DNA of 64,000 nt from Octopus sinensis (lineage: Eukaryota), in contig NC_043015.1 in the NCBI RefSeq assembly GCF_006345805.1, positions 23,560,001 to 23,624,000 of the forward strand, read 5' to 3'. The notes under the pieces are model-generated. The model did not search any database. It was not told the origin of the DNA and saw only the letters and a program-made list of their open reading frames with translations. The first letter of the stretch is position 1, and every line of letters begins with the position of its first letter. Made by a program: the position numbers and the translations under genes. Positions 41,924-55,414 of this stretch are shown here, one piece after another.

Positions 41924-42704
41924 TGTATGTATGTATGTATGTATGTGAGTTTGTGCATGTGTGGGTTTTGCGTGTTCATTTCAATGATGTTAATAGGCGA
42001 CGAAATCCAAAATGTCGTAGTTCATGGATGGAAACTCTTTCCTGAGATATGACTCTACAAAGTTATATACATTAATTTGTCACTATAAGCATCGGCACTT
42101 CAGTATGCATCATTTGAAACCTGTATTCAAAGATGCGATTGTTCCAGAGATTTAAATAACTGAATGTTAATATGGCTTCCAAATATAAACGAGCATTGGT
42201 AGCGGTAATCTTGCTCTCAGGATATCATTAACTTTTTGTTATCAAGAATAAGCTGTTCTTTTCTGCTCTCCTTATTACTGGTAATTTTTCGCGCTAAGGC
42301 TTCTCTTTTCCTTAAGGTTTCTTAATCTTCATATATTCTTGATCGAATATCTCGAAAGTTTCTGCTACATGTAATCTATATTCATTAGCAACGATCAGTG
42401 ATTTTCTTTTCCTCTGCCATCCATTTTACCTCCTTAGTCTTAGGTTTCCTTTCTTATTTTTTTTATCCTTTTTCATTTCAGTTATTATTTGCAGTATTAG
42501 GTGAGGTGGCAGAACGGTTAGTGTCGGACCAAATATTTTGCAGTCTGAATCTTGATTTCTCCTGCTCTAAGTTCAAAACCTGTGAAAATCAACTTTGTCA
42601 TTCGTCCCACCGAAGCCGACATAGTAATGTACGAGAAAGTACTAAAACCAATGTGATCGACATACTTCCTACCCTGATTCATCAAAATTTGAAACAATCA
42701 TTAT

Positions 42705-43001
42705 TATTTGATGAAAACCCACAGCTTATTTGGCTGGATATGATGGAATGTGTCAGCTGTCCACAGCAAGCAGAGAAAGCTGAAACTTGTTAACTAGTCC
42801 TGCTTCAGGAACTCTGCGAACAATTATTGCAGTTCCAAGCAATGTTAACTTTTGTAGGTGTTCTAACTTTACATTTGTATCAATCTTTTTGAGCCAAGTT
42901 GTTAGATGAGTGATGATAATTCCAAGTGCCCGAATCACTATTGGCACCACATCTACTCACCTCATTGACCACAACCTTTGTATTTTCCACTTCAAGTCGT
43001 C
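42705..43001 (-). mobile_element. 5'-truncated R4/Dong-type LINE 3' end
   Basis: DDLKWKIQRLWSMR*VDVVPIVIRALG...EHLQKLTLLGTAIIVRRV matches the restriction-like endonuclease C-terminus. It begins exactly at (TAA)n and ends in aataataat. Confidence 0.85.
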
Positions 43002-43026
43002 ATTATTATTATTATTATTATTATTA

Positions 43027-43094
<68 letters not shown>

Positions 43095-43095
43095 G

Positions 43096-43630
43096 AATGA
43101 GAGAGCATTGCATGCCATCAAAGGGACATTGGGGTAAAATATACGAAGCCCAGTATACCCATCATGACTACCCGTCTGATAAGGGTACACTAGGCACATG
43201 CATCACAACCATATGTGAGCGACATGGTGATCTCATATCAAGACAAACAGCGCATGACCTTGCGGGTGGGGCCCAGTTAGAATTTTCTTCAGGTCGAGTA
43301 ACCCATCCCACTCGAAAGGTCCCTGAATAAGGGTTGTTTAAGGATGTTGAACGAACCACCCATGTTTCCAGGGGTGAATTATTCAAAACCCAAAGAATTC
43401 CTCTCAACACATGGCTATGATGCTCCCCCACTACTTCTGCTCGTGATCAGAGATGCACATATCGTCAGCCACAAAGGGCCATGCTCAACTTGTTAAAGTC
43501 AAACAACTGACAAGCAAATCTGTGGTATTGAGCAGAATATTTGCTGTAGCCCATCTTTTATACCAAGACAAACAAGGTACATGATAACACTTCCAATCAG
43601 TTAAGATCAGAAGCTATGAGAGCCACTGCC
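43096..43630. mobile_element. Non-coding element of about 535 bp embedded in (TAA)n
   Basis: Sharp-edged GC-richer block with (TTA)n on both sides, no credible ORF and no TIR. Confidence 0.65.
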
Positions 43631-43686
43631 TGGTACTGCATCAGGGCATTTATTATTATTATTGTTATTAATATTATTATTATTAA

Positions 43687-43749
<63 letters not shown>

Positions 43750-43948
43750 CATCATTATTATTATTATTATCACCATATGTTTGACTTTTGTTTGTATTTG
43801 TAAAAGTTGGTTGCAAGCCTCAACCATAGACCTAAAGAGACAAGTTAGAATTGCATGTTGGCGTTACGCCTAGGGTGTCATATAGTTGTCTTTGTACATA
43901 GCATTGTTCTAGAGAATGTTTAAGACAACATAAGAAAATTATGAGTTT

Positions 43949-44279
43949 CAGTTCTATATTTAAGTGATTAAGTATTATTTAAATTATTTACATTATTTGC
44001 ATTTGACGGATATTTGTCCCCATATGGCGTAGTGGTTAAGAGCACGGGCTACTAACCCCAAAATTCTGAGTTCGATTCCAGACAGTGACCTGAATAATAA
44101 TGATAATAATAATAATAATAATAATAATAATATCGAAAAATACCTTAGGAATAACAGAATTAAAGCCCAGGTTCGAAATTTCACCAAGACACCTGATGAA
44201 GGCTGGAGGGTATATCAGCCCGAACGTTGTGTTAACAACAAACAAGAAGAGGACAAATATCCTTCAAATGTAAATAATT
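43949..44279 (+). mobile_element. tRNA-headed SINE with a hammerhead tail and an inverted 5' copy of its 3' end
   Basis: A box TGGCGTAGTGG (44025), B box GAGTTCGATTCC (44068), (TAA)n, then CTGATGA at 44193. atttgacggatatttgtcc (44001-44019) is inverted relative to ggacaaatatccttcaaat (44251-44269). Confidence 0.8.
44188..44233 (+). ncRNA. Minimal hammerhead motif in the SINE tail (variant CGAAC for GAAAC)
   Basis: GACAC-CUGAUGA-A-GGCUG...CAGCC-CGAAC-GUU-GUGUU. Confidence 0.6.
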
Positions 44280-44638
44280 ACGAGTATATTTTAAAATTTG
44301 AGATTACATAGACAGTATTTTCAGTAGGATATGAGCAGTTCCTATGAGCACTATCTTTTGAATTTTGGGGGTCTCCTGGTATCTGGGCTAGGTAGCATTC
44401 AGGCCCTTTCGCTATCATTCGTAGGATACCTATAACAAATGGTATTATTTTAGTCTTGATGTTCCAGGTTTTGCCAATTTCTATTTCAAGATCTTTATAC
44501 TTGCTCAGTTTTTGGTAGGTCTTGACAGATACATGTCGATTGAGACAGTCATATCAATGAGGAAGCATGATTTTTGTCTGAAGTCTTTCGGTATATCTAT
44601 TAGGCATGCTTTTGTCTAAAGCCTTTCAATATAATGCC

Positions 44639-44692
<54 letters not shown>

Positions 44693-44700
44693 GTTATTGT

Positions 44701-44734
<34 letters not shown>

Positions 44735-44735
44735 A

Positions 44736-44766
<31 letters not shown>

Positions 44767-47464
44767 CATTATTATTGTTGTTGTTGTTATTATTATCATT
44801 ATTATTAAGGTGGCGAGCTGGAAGAAACATTAGCACGCCGGTCAAAATAGATGTAGTGTTGGTGGTGATGATGATTTTGATCATTGTGGTGATGATAGCG
44901 ATGGGGTTGATGGCGACAGTTTTAGTACAGCCGTGAAATTTGTTAGTAGTGGTGGTGGGTTTTCTTGTGCCAACATTTATAACCATTATTACTACTATTC
45001 CTATTCTGTGATGAATTTTAAACATCTGCGATGGCATGGTTCGGGTAGAATAGCGGACAGTTTGAGAAAGACTGTGACAAAATAGAAAATAACAAATGGA
45101 AAACAGTGGAAGCTAAATGAAAAATTCAAATATGAAATAATTAGAAGTGAACAAAATGCAAGAAAATATTGTGAATAGATCCGTCTGAAAATTTCGAAAC
45201 TCTGATTTTACTGATGTAATGTAAGCAGCAACTCTTGTGTAATGATTCCATTTAGAATTGTGTATGGGGGGGATAAGAAAAGGAAGATGTTTTATTATGT
45301 ACGATGATGTTAATGGTGGATGTGAAAGAAAAGTTGACAACCAGGAATTAAATGTAGGTCAATGATATTTATCTATATTTTAGTGCATAGGCAACGGAAT
45401 TTCTTGAAGAAAAGCATGAAAGTGAAAAAAGAAAGACATAAGAATGTAATCCATAATGCAAAGTTAAGTGGATAAAAGAAGGAAAGGTAGCAGCAGGATG
45501 GAAATGAAATCTGAATAGGATGAAATTATGTAAGAAAGACGAATGGCACAACAAAAGAAGGAAATAGATTTGCGAGAACGAAAGCAAGCCGAAGAATATA
45601 ATCAAGAAAATAAACAAAAATAGGGTAAATAAGAAAAAAAAGAAGATTAACAAAAAATATGAAAATAAGGGGAAAAGGGAATAATGAAACGGAGGAGGCA
45701 AAACGAAATCCTAAAGGAGTGAAATTAAGCGTTATATTGAGGGACCGTTTCCCTCAAATCAAGAGGAATATTTCGTTCAAGTATCGTAAACTGGAAAAAA
45801 AAGATATTCCAGTTCGTTAGTAAGTAATTTAACGACTCCGAAATGATATAAAGGGAATTCTCGTACAATAAGAGCAGATCTTCGAAGATAGATCTGTTAT
45901 TTTTACATTTAACTGCATTATACAATTTTCTTACATTGGGATAAAATTTCAAAATTTCCTACAAACCGACACGAGTATTTTGGTTTATTTCTTAATTTGC
46001 TCTCATTTTACTACGATGGAGTGTGAGTAGCCATTACTATGTTACATGATTTTCGATTCTGATGGTAGAAAAATGAGAAACGGAATCCAACTATTTGAAA
46101 TGAATGAGATTGTAATTAAGGTGTCAGGTATTGATGTTAAATCGGATCGTGGGTTAAGCTAATTAATTACAAATAAAAAATCCTGTGCCCCCCACTAATG
46201 AAACGCTACCTTACTGTTTCTATCTCCTTCACTTTTATTCCGAGACTTGGATAAAAAATGAATTACGGACGTCGTAGTGTTGTGGGATGGAAAGCCGAAC
46301 CACATTATTGATGAGCCGAAGAAACAAATATGACTTTTTGCATTACAGTGTAGAAAAATAAACACAATTATTGTTAGATAGGTAATCAGTTCCCGTATAT
46401 TATGCAAAATCTAACTACGTCATCGATCACTCATAGTTGTCTAATTGAAATCGTTCTATGTCCTGGAATCAGTAGCCAAATATATCTCAAAATACATCCT
46501 GATTATCATTCAAAATGTCAGAGCATATGAGATAACAAAGCAGTCCCCATTAAGCCTAAGAAGATCGGACAGTAACGCGTGAAATTATTTCATTATGTAT
46601 TCTGTCCTTCCAAGTTAGGCCTACGGTTAATCAACAACAATAAAAATCGCCTCTTTTTTTATAGTAAGTAATATATGATCAATGACGTGCATCATTGAGT
46701 GGTCATGCGTCCTGTTATAAACTGCAGCCGATCTGCAGTTTATCATACAATACAGCCTTGAATATACGCATGCATACACATATACACACAAATGTCTATG
46801 TATGTTATGTGTTTATGTGTATAGATATATAATAACAACAGACAAAAGTATTTTCTGGTACAGTCACAATTGTTTCGTTAGGACACTTTAATTGTGACAT
46901 AAACATGGTACAGTGAGGTAAGCATTATGCACAACATCCATAAAATTACGTAATATGTTATTCAGCTCACAGCTCATCGGGATACTCAAACAAATAAACG
47001 CGCAATGATGACTTGAACTGAGAGTAACGTAACATAACACGTTAGCTTATAGACGTTGTTCAAATAGCATTCCACACTTTAATATGCTTACCTCACAATA
47101 AAGACAGTAAACGAAGCAATTGTAGTAATACTAGGTTACACATTCGCCTGTTTTTATTATGTCTGTAAGCCACGCTTAAGTTTACATTCATCGTTGGACA
47201 CCTTTCGATACTACTGAATCTGTGGCTTATCTAGCAAATTGAACTTCTCTTTATCGATGAATTCTCAGCTATTATAATACATTACGTAATTACACGCTTC
47301 TCATCATTCTGTCTAGCCAATTTATAGTATGTTTCAGCTTGCTATACTTCGTACCCTCATGGAACTTTTATAAATAAAGCTATATATATATACGCGTATA
47401 TATATATGTACATAAATGCATTGCTTACATGCATATATACATACACGCACACACACTCACCTAT

Positions 47465-47558
<94 letters not shown>

Positions 47559-47577
47559 TATGTATATATGCATACAA

Positions 47578-47632
<55 letters not shown>

Positions 47633-48469
47633 TATATTTGCATGTATGTATGTACTTATATATTACTAGGTGAGATAGTCGTAAATGAAATATGCAGTAC
47701 TCTTGATTGTAATTGGTTTTCACTCGGGTTTATATGATGTTTAACAGCATCAAATAAAAATAAAACATTAAAAATGTCGCAAAAGATAAATATTAGCCAT
47801 TTAAAAAAAATCAACTTCATCGTTAGTGGACTCTGCATTCATAATAACTTGTAATTTTAAAATGGTAGGGTCACAAAAATGTAATATGTTGAGTTAAATA
47901 AGACGCAATGTTTATTCATTCATTCAGTGTATCCAAGCGACTAGTAGATAAAATTTCCCTTTGCTGATGTTTAAATTTCGAAATCAACGCCAAAAGAAGA
48001 TAATTTTAATACGATCAACTGATTAAAATTTGTGGACATTGAAGAGATGACAGACATTCAGCCATATTTTTGAACTTCTAATGTTAACTTTCTCAAGTAA
48101 CAGCTGTGAAAGCTGAAAGATAAAATACTCATATTTGCTGGTGATATTGTTTAATGTAGCGTTGTGAAGATTGAGCTATAAATTCAGCATTATATACTTT
48201 TTATTCTCTTTTTTCACTCTCTGTTGGCAGCAAGGTCTTTTTGCGTCTGTAGTGTCACACATTTTCTTTCTATTCCTACAGAAATTTATTTATTCGGCCA
48301 ATATCTCAGAAAGAAGCCATAAAATAATTAAATTTCTTCAGGTAAACACCATTCTCAGCAAGCTTCGAAAGATGGCATTCATTTCTACAGAAGAAACATA
48401 GACTTACATTTTGCCATTTTGCTTTGTAGCCCATGGATTTTCTTTCTTATTTTCTCTTTCTTTCTTTCA

Positions 48470-48524
48470 TTCATTTTTCTTCCTCCCTCTCTTTCTCCCT
48501 CCTATCTCACTCTATTTCTCTCTC

Positions 48525-48587
<63 letters not shown>

Positions 48588-48720
48588 TCTCTGTCATTCG
48601 CTCTTTTACCTTTCTTTACCTCACCTTTCTATACCTCACTCCACATTCTATATACACCCTGCAATCTTTCTGTCACTTCCCATCTCCCTTTCTCTCTCTC
48701 ATTCTCTCGCCCTCTCCCTG
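48470..48720. repeat. (CT)n polypyrimidine tract
   Basis: Directly visible. Confidence 0.9.
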
Positions 48721-49551
48721 TCCTTAAAACGTTTTCACTATATTTGCTTATCGGATTTGTTTCTTTTTTTCTTCTTCTTTTTTTATTTACTTCTGCAATT
48801 CTTAACTATTTATTATTTGCAGTCATAAAGTAAATCTAGCTGTCAAATAAACTGCAATTTTCTTTTATAGAAATGTTCGTAGGATGAACTGTAATGAAAA
48901 TAACTTATGAGGTCTTCCTCTATGCTTCTTCATCTTTTTCTCTTCTCTTTGCTCCATTGTATTTTGTTCGATTCTATATATATTTTCTACTTCTTTATCC
49001 GCTAAGCTGTTGTTGCTCTTACATCTTTGTTCTTGGAGTTGCTAGTAACTCAATGTCTGCTGTAAAAGTAATAAGACCCCATTGCTTCAGATCTTTGGTA
49101 ATTTTTGTCAAAATATTGATTTCTGTGACACTAAAGAATGTGAATGCTGCCCTTTTTCTAATCTTTGTTACCGACTTACAGACAGACTCTGTTTCTGATG
49201 AGTTATTGTATGCTGCGTGCTTTGACATTTACTCGGCTTTATTACTTTTGCATATATAGATTTCATTTCAACTGGACAGCAAACACACTCACTCACAAAA
49301 CCCCATAATTTACTGCTACATATTTATCAGTCGCTCCCACACTGTTTCACAGACTTACTCTGTGTTATTTTACCTTAACTTTCACGCACGGACATATTTA
49401 ATATCAAAAGAAAACCACTATATAATCATATAATGTTTGCATATAACTATTGTTTGACACCCTCTATCGCCAGAGAAATGGTCATTCACTTTATAAATAA
49501 TGTGCATGTATGTGTGTGTATACACACATGTACACGCGTATATAAATATGA

Positions 49552-49627
<76 letters not shown>

Positions 49628-49815
49628 ATATATATATATATACATATAGACAGACACACACACACACACACATATATATATGTATACATATGTACACACA
49701 CACATATATATATACATATACATGCATATATATATGTTATATATGTATTGATATCTGTATGTACATCTCTGTCTGTCTGTCTCTCTCTGTCTCTCTCTCT
49801 GTCTCTCTCTTTCTG

Positions 49816-49847
<32 letters not shown>

Positions 49848-51484
49848 CGTGTACATACAGACATACACACACATATATATACTTGTAAATATATATATAT
49901 AGACTCACAAAAACATCTACATGTGTATGCGCAAACATCTACACCGTACTCTAATTTTACTGTCTTATAAGTAGAGTCGGCGACCTACACTGCTTTATCT
50001 GTCGTTAAATATTTTATTATTTCACAAATTACAAGCAAAATGACTATATTTTAGGATACTTATTCATAAACACGACTTGGAAATCGTGGATACATTTGCT
50101 TGCAGCTATATTACACATAGTAATATTCCTGATATCTGGCCCTCTATTCGCTTTTACATTTTCGCTTTCTTATTCTTATTGATTTACTAGGTATTACCAA
50201 CCTTCCCTTCCCCACCATGCTATCTCCCACCAGCATTGCTGCCAGTTCTGGCAATATTCCAATGCCTTGGCCACCACAGAAGAAGCGAAATATTTCCAAG
50301 TATTTAAACTATAATTCCGACCTCGCTTACTTGTCTTTAATGCCTCCAGGTTTTATGGAGAAGATAAGGATGTTTAGTTGGAAAACTCTATAAATTTGTC
50401 AGGCTACATTTTCCTGGCATCAGGTTTGTTAGGTCAACCGCATCATATGGTTGTGTTACAAGCAATGATTGTTTGCCCAAACTCTCTGCTATGTTCCTCA
50501 GAGTGAAAAGAATAAAATATAAAACAACGCAGATTATTATGAAAGTCTCAAGTTAAGGTAAATACACTCTCAAGTGTATTAGGTTTACATGCCATAGCTG
50601 TAACACACTTGACTGATCATTATAATTTCCTAAAAATCGAAACCTTTTTTCGTTTATATTTTTTGGATATATTCGACGTGTCACTAAACGAGCCAGCCGT
50701 AGAAGCTTCTATGGCATCCAGTTACCTGCTGAAAATAGCAACCTAAAACTTTATCGTGATTTAAAAACTGAGAATGATCCATTGGATTAAGTACTTTTCA
50801 GTTCGTAAGATAGAAACATTAGTGCCGGGTCAAATACTAGCCAGCAATAACAACCAAAAACAAAGAAAAAGGAATAATATGATATTGTGAATTTAGAAGT
50901 CCTTTCATTAAGATAGTATTGTATTTTAATCTACCATATTTCGAATGTAATTTAATCATCTGCATCTCGTAAAGATCTTTTTTTCACCATTTTGCAGCCA
51001 ATTGTAAAGACAGGACCGATAACTCGTCAAGGGGTTCTGAGACTGATAGAAGTGAGGAAGGTATACCCAAACAGACTGATAGAAGTGAGGAAGGTATACC
51101 CACTAGAACTAGATTGTAGGATTAAACCCGGCGACATTTATGTCTTCCAGTCAGTACACTAGTTGAATTTGAATTCTGCACAAAGAAAAGATAAATAAAA
51201 ATAAAATAAAATAAAATAAAAGGAATAGCTGATGAAATGTGGGGCGACATTCTTTCACTACTGCCAATCCACGATAGCGAATAGCGCGTTGTTGCCAAGG
51301 TTAAGAGTATGAAAAATGAGGTTGTTCTCAAGAGAATTTGAATAGAGAGAACCAGAAAGATATAAATGAAGCATTCGTTCCGTTGTTCTAAGGACACTGG
51401 AAATTCGCTAACCAGAAACAAAAACTGTAAGATATCAAACCACTTTAAATGGAAAATCCTATTTTTTATCATATTCAATTCTAC

Positions 51485-51870
51485 TCTAGGCACAAAGCCC
51501 AAAATTTTGGAGATGGGTGGGGGGCAGTCAATTAGATCGACTCCAATATGCCACTGGTACTTAATTTATCGATCCCGAAAGGACAAAATGCAAAGTCGAC
51601 TTTGGCGGAATTTGAACTCAGAACATAAAAACAGACGAAATACCCATTTCTTTACTACCCACAAAGGGTTAAACACAGAGAGGACAAACAAGGACAGACA
51701 AACGGATTAAGTCGATTACATTGAGCCCAATGCGTAACTGGTACTTAATTTATCGACCCCGAAAGGATGAAGGGCAAAGTCGACCTCGGCGGAATTTGAA
51801 CTCAGAACGTAACGGCAGACGAATTACTGCTAAGCATTTCACCCAACATGCTAACGTTTCTGCTAGCTCG
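51485..51870 (-). mobile_element. Dimeric family C SINE
   Basis: The block actggtacttaatttatcga..aaagtcgac..ggcggaatttgaactcagaac occurs twice (about 51553 and 51737). Confidence 0.85.
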
Positions 51871-52314
51871 TTGTTTCTTGTTATTTTTGCTATCATCTTA
51901 AAGCACTGAAAAACAGCGAGGGTGCATAATCAAAATTACGTCGGATCAAATGCTGGGCGGTATTTCTTTCAGCTTTCTACGTTCGGAGTTCAAATACTTC
52001 TACGATTACATTTGCATTTCATATTTCCAAGATCAATAAAATATAATGCAAGTGAAGTATTGCAGCAGGTGTAATAGATTTTCCCCCTTCCCCCACCCTA
52101 CAAGTGCTCGCCTTGTGCTGAAATTTGAAACCCTCATACTAAAGCATGAAAAATCGGCGAACTAGCAAAGATTTTAGAGATTCACAAAACATTTTTTGCG
52201 GTATTTTCAGGCGCTTACCGATCTGAGTTCTAATCTGTCACGAATAACTTTGTCACTATGCTTTAGATCACATAATAATACTCCTCAAGAACCAGTGTTG
52301 ATGGAATAGATTTA

Positions 52315-52651
52315 TACATAAAGCGCAACGGGCCACGATCGTGGCCGTCAGGCACAGGTCGACAGACCACGATCGTGGCCCAGATAGATGCATTTAATTT
52401 ATGGGCGTCTGTTGGGGTCTAATGACACTCAAACACTCCGATACCCCCCAGAATGCAAGAGGACTAATAGTTCTACTAATGCCTTTTCAGATGAGGTAAA
52501 ATTTGCCGCCATTATATACCAAGAAGATATTTTAACTATTTTTGTGTTTTTTTTAATGTGTGCATGGTAATCTCATTTTCATAAAAGTTATCAGCATAAA
52601 AGTTATCTATCATAAAAGTTATCAGCAGTGCAAATTACAGCGCTTTATGGG
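52315..52651. mobile_element. piggyBac-like MITE
   Basis: Right end gcgctttatGGG-TTAA; left end ttta-tacataaagcgc (decayed). Two copies of the palindrome ccacgatcgtgg lie near the left end. Confidence 0.6.
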
Positions 52652-52782
52652 TTAATACACCCCAACTCACAATTACGGGTACTATACCTAAACAAAGAAA
52701 CCAGTGTATTAAACAATGAAAGAAAATCTTGCTACGCTGAAATATATTAGTATTTTACGAAGCATATAATAACTTTTTCTTA

Positions 52783-52986
52783 AAGGCACAAGGCCGGAAA
52801 TTTGAGGGAAGGGGACTAGTTGATTTCATCGACCCCAGTGTTTCACTGGCACTTAATTCATCGACCCCGAAGGGATGAACGACAAAGTCGACCTCGGCGG
52901 ATTTTGAACTCATAACTTAAAGACATATGAAAACCTGCTAAGTATTTTGCCTGGCACGCTAACGATTCTGCCCGCTCACCGCCTTT
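52783..52986 (-). mobile_element. Family C SINE
   Basis: ggcacaaggccggaaattt...aaagtcgacctcggcggattttgaactc...gctaacgattctgcccgctcaccgcctt. Confidence 0.85.
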
Positions 52987-53135
52987 ACGAAGCTTTTCAT
53001 AATGAAAATGAAAACCAAGCTATTTTGAATCTTGGATGAAACATATAATGCCGCTAAATTATACTGAATTCTAAATGGTGACAGTCATTGGCTTGTGTCC
53101 ATGATGGAGCGTCACTTTCAAGTAAACAAATATAT

Positions 53136-53525
53136 ATTCAGATGGCTAGTACACTTTACGTTGTCGAGCGGTTACTGTTTACATCTCGTTCGGAGATTTA
53201 TTAATGCTTTCAGACAGTTTTTCTAAATCAGTGACAGTGGTTGCTGGGAAAAACATTAAATAGATATTCGCAAACAGGTCTCTCCAATCGAAAATCGGTG
53301 ATTACCGTACGTTGACGAGAGGCAAATACCTCGAAACTATAGTCCGTATGTATCACTTAGGTTTTCGAATATCCCTTTGCGAATATCAGAAGGGCACCGA
53401 AAGTGTGTCTAAAGCCAGCTGGAGATGATGATCTCCTGGGGCTATAAGCTTCAGTAACACCCACTCCCAGTGGCTAACCACATTCAGATGGCTAGTACAC
53501 TTTACGTTATTCTCGTTCGGAGATT
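53136..53525 (+). mobile_element. Non-LTR retrozyme-like unit, period 346 bp
   Basis: attcagatggctagtacactttacgtt at 53136 and 53482, each followed by tctcgttcggagatt. One hammerhead motif lies between the repeats. Confidence 0.75.
53306..53350 (+). ncRNA. Minimal type I hammerhead ribozyme (C3U variant)
   Basis: CGUACG-UUGACGA-GAGG-caaaua-CCUC-GAAAC-UAUA-GUC-CGUAUG. Confidence 0.8.
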
Positions 53526-54062
53526 AATTATATACTGTTTGTTCTTATATTTATGATGGTAGAAAAATTATCAATCAGTATTGATGGAAATGTCAGACAA
53601 GGAGGAGTTTCCATTTTCAAGAGGAATTCCCAAAGAGAGTTGCTAAGTTGAATATCAGGAAGATGTTCTGTAAATTGCACATCAAAGCACCTGCCGCATT
53701 ATTCGATAGATCGGGCACTACACATACAAAAGTTTAAAGTTCCTACACGCATTAACAATAATGTTTGCTTGAAGCTCTTTATCGGGCGTGGGCGCTCCAT
53801 GTACTTTTAGATTTTCAATTACGACAGATTACTAAGGAGAGTGTTATAGCACTAAGACACACACACACACACGCACGCACACACACACAAACACACACAA
53901 ACACACACACACACAAACTTACATACACACACATGCATATATATACACGTATGCAGAGATAAAGACATTAGGTAGATTCATACATATTTAGATAGACAGA
54001 TAGATAGATAAATAGATAGATAGCTGGATAGATAGACAGAGAGCGAGAGTGATAATATATAT

Positions 54063-54125
<63 letters not shown>

Positions 54126-54303
54126 ATATAATATATATATATACATATATATATATACATATATACATATAAATATTTATAAAACTGCCATATTAGTATG
54201 GCGATAACTATTAATTTCCAGTAACGCTGCCGTAATCTCCTTTAGAGAGACTTAGTAATTTTAATATTTCTATTATATATATATAGATATATATATATAT
54301 AGG

Positions 54304-54450
54304 TGCAGGAGTGGCTGTGTGGTAAGTAGCTTGGTTCCGGGTTCAGTCCCACTGCGTGACATCTTGGGCAAGTGTCTTCTGCTATAGCCTCGGGGCGACC
54401 AATGCCTTTTGAGTGGATTTGGTAAACGGAACTGAAAGAAGCCTGTCGTA

Positions 54451-54508
<58 letters not shown>

Positions 54509-54740
54509 ATATATATATATGTGTATGTTTGTGTGTCTGTGCTTGTCCCCCTAGCATTGCTTGACAACCGATGCTGGTGTGTTTACGTCCCCGTCACTTA
54601 GCGGTTCGGCAAAGAGACCGATAGAATAAGTACTGGGCTTACAAAGAATAAGTCCCGGGGTCGAGTTGCTCGATTAAAGGCGGTGCTCCAGCATGGCCGC
54701 AGTCAAATGACTGAAACAAGTAAAAGAGTAAAGAGTAAGA
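54304..54740 (+). mobile_element. tRNA-derived SINE (family A) with an expanded internal (TA)n
   Basis: Collinear with 38576-38965; tail (GAGTAAA)n. Confidence 0.9.
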
Positions 54741-54762
54741 GTATATATATATATATAGAGAG

Positions 54763-54975
54763 AGGCGCAATGGCCTAGTGGTTAGGGCAGCGGACTCGCG
54801 GTCGCAGGATCGCGGTTTCGATTCTCAGACTGGGCGTTGTGTGTGTTTATTGAGCGAAAACACCTAAAAGCTCTACGAGGCTCCGGCAGGGGGTGGTGAT
54901 CCCTGCTGTACTCATTCACCACAATGGCGGTGCCCCAGCATGGCCACAGCTCAAGAGCTGAAACTGGAAAAACAA
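54763..54975 (+). mobile_element. Family B SINE head (tRNA-Arg-like, TCG loop) joined to a family A-like tail
   Basis: ggcgcaatggcctagtggttagggcagcggactcgcggtcgcaggatcgcggtttcgattctc, then ggcggtgccccagcatggccacag from about 54927. Confidence 0.75.
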
Positions 54976-54986
54976 ACAAACAAACA

Positions 54987-55065
<79 letters not shown>

Positions 55066-55276
55066 CGTACATATATATGTGTAGTTTGTCGTGTACTCTG
55101 TTTTTTTCGTTTAGGTCCGTTTCCACGTTTGTTTTTACGTTTTCGTGTCTCGTTGAGTTCTACGTCTATTTGTGGTGTCCTGTATTTACGTATATATATT
55201 ATATATGCATGTATATATACATGTAGATGTAGGTACGTACATATATGTATGTATGCATATATTTTAGTTATTACAC

Positions 55277-55308
<32 letters not shown>

Positions 55309-55333
55309 TATATACATATATATATACATATAT

Positions 55334-55414
<81 letters not shown>

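Larger units (their letters stand above)
43775..44640 (-). mobile_element. R4/Dong-type LINE 3' end, interrupted by a SINE at 43949-44279
   Basis: KDFRQKSCFLIDMTV..KLSKYKDLEIEIGKTWNIKTKIIPFVIG..IQKIVLIGTAHILLKILSM*. Collinear with 63529-64000, with (TAA)n at both ends. Confidence 0.85.

Noticed and set aside
44021-44092. Functional tRNA gene (likewise the heads at 13100, 16075 and 54763)
   Set aside because: These lack a proper acceptor stem and continue into repeat bodies, so they are SINE heads.
49019-49228. RT-like peptide (KDLKQWGL)
   Set aside because: The resemblance is too weak to assign without a search.
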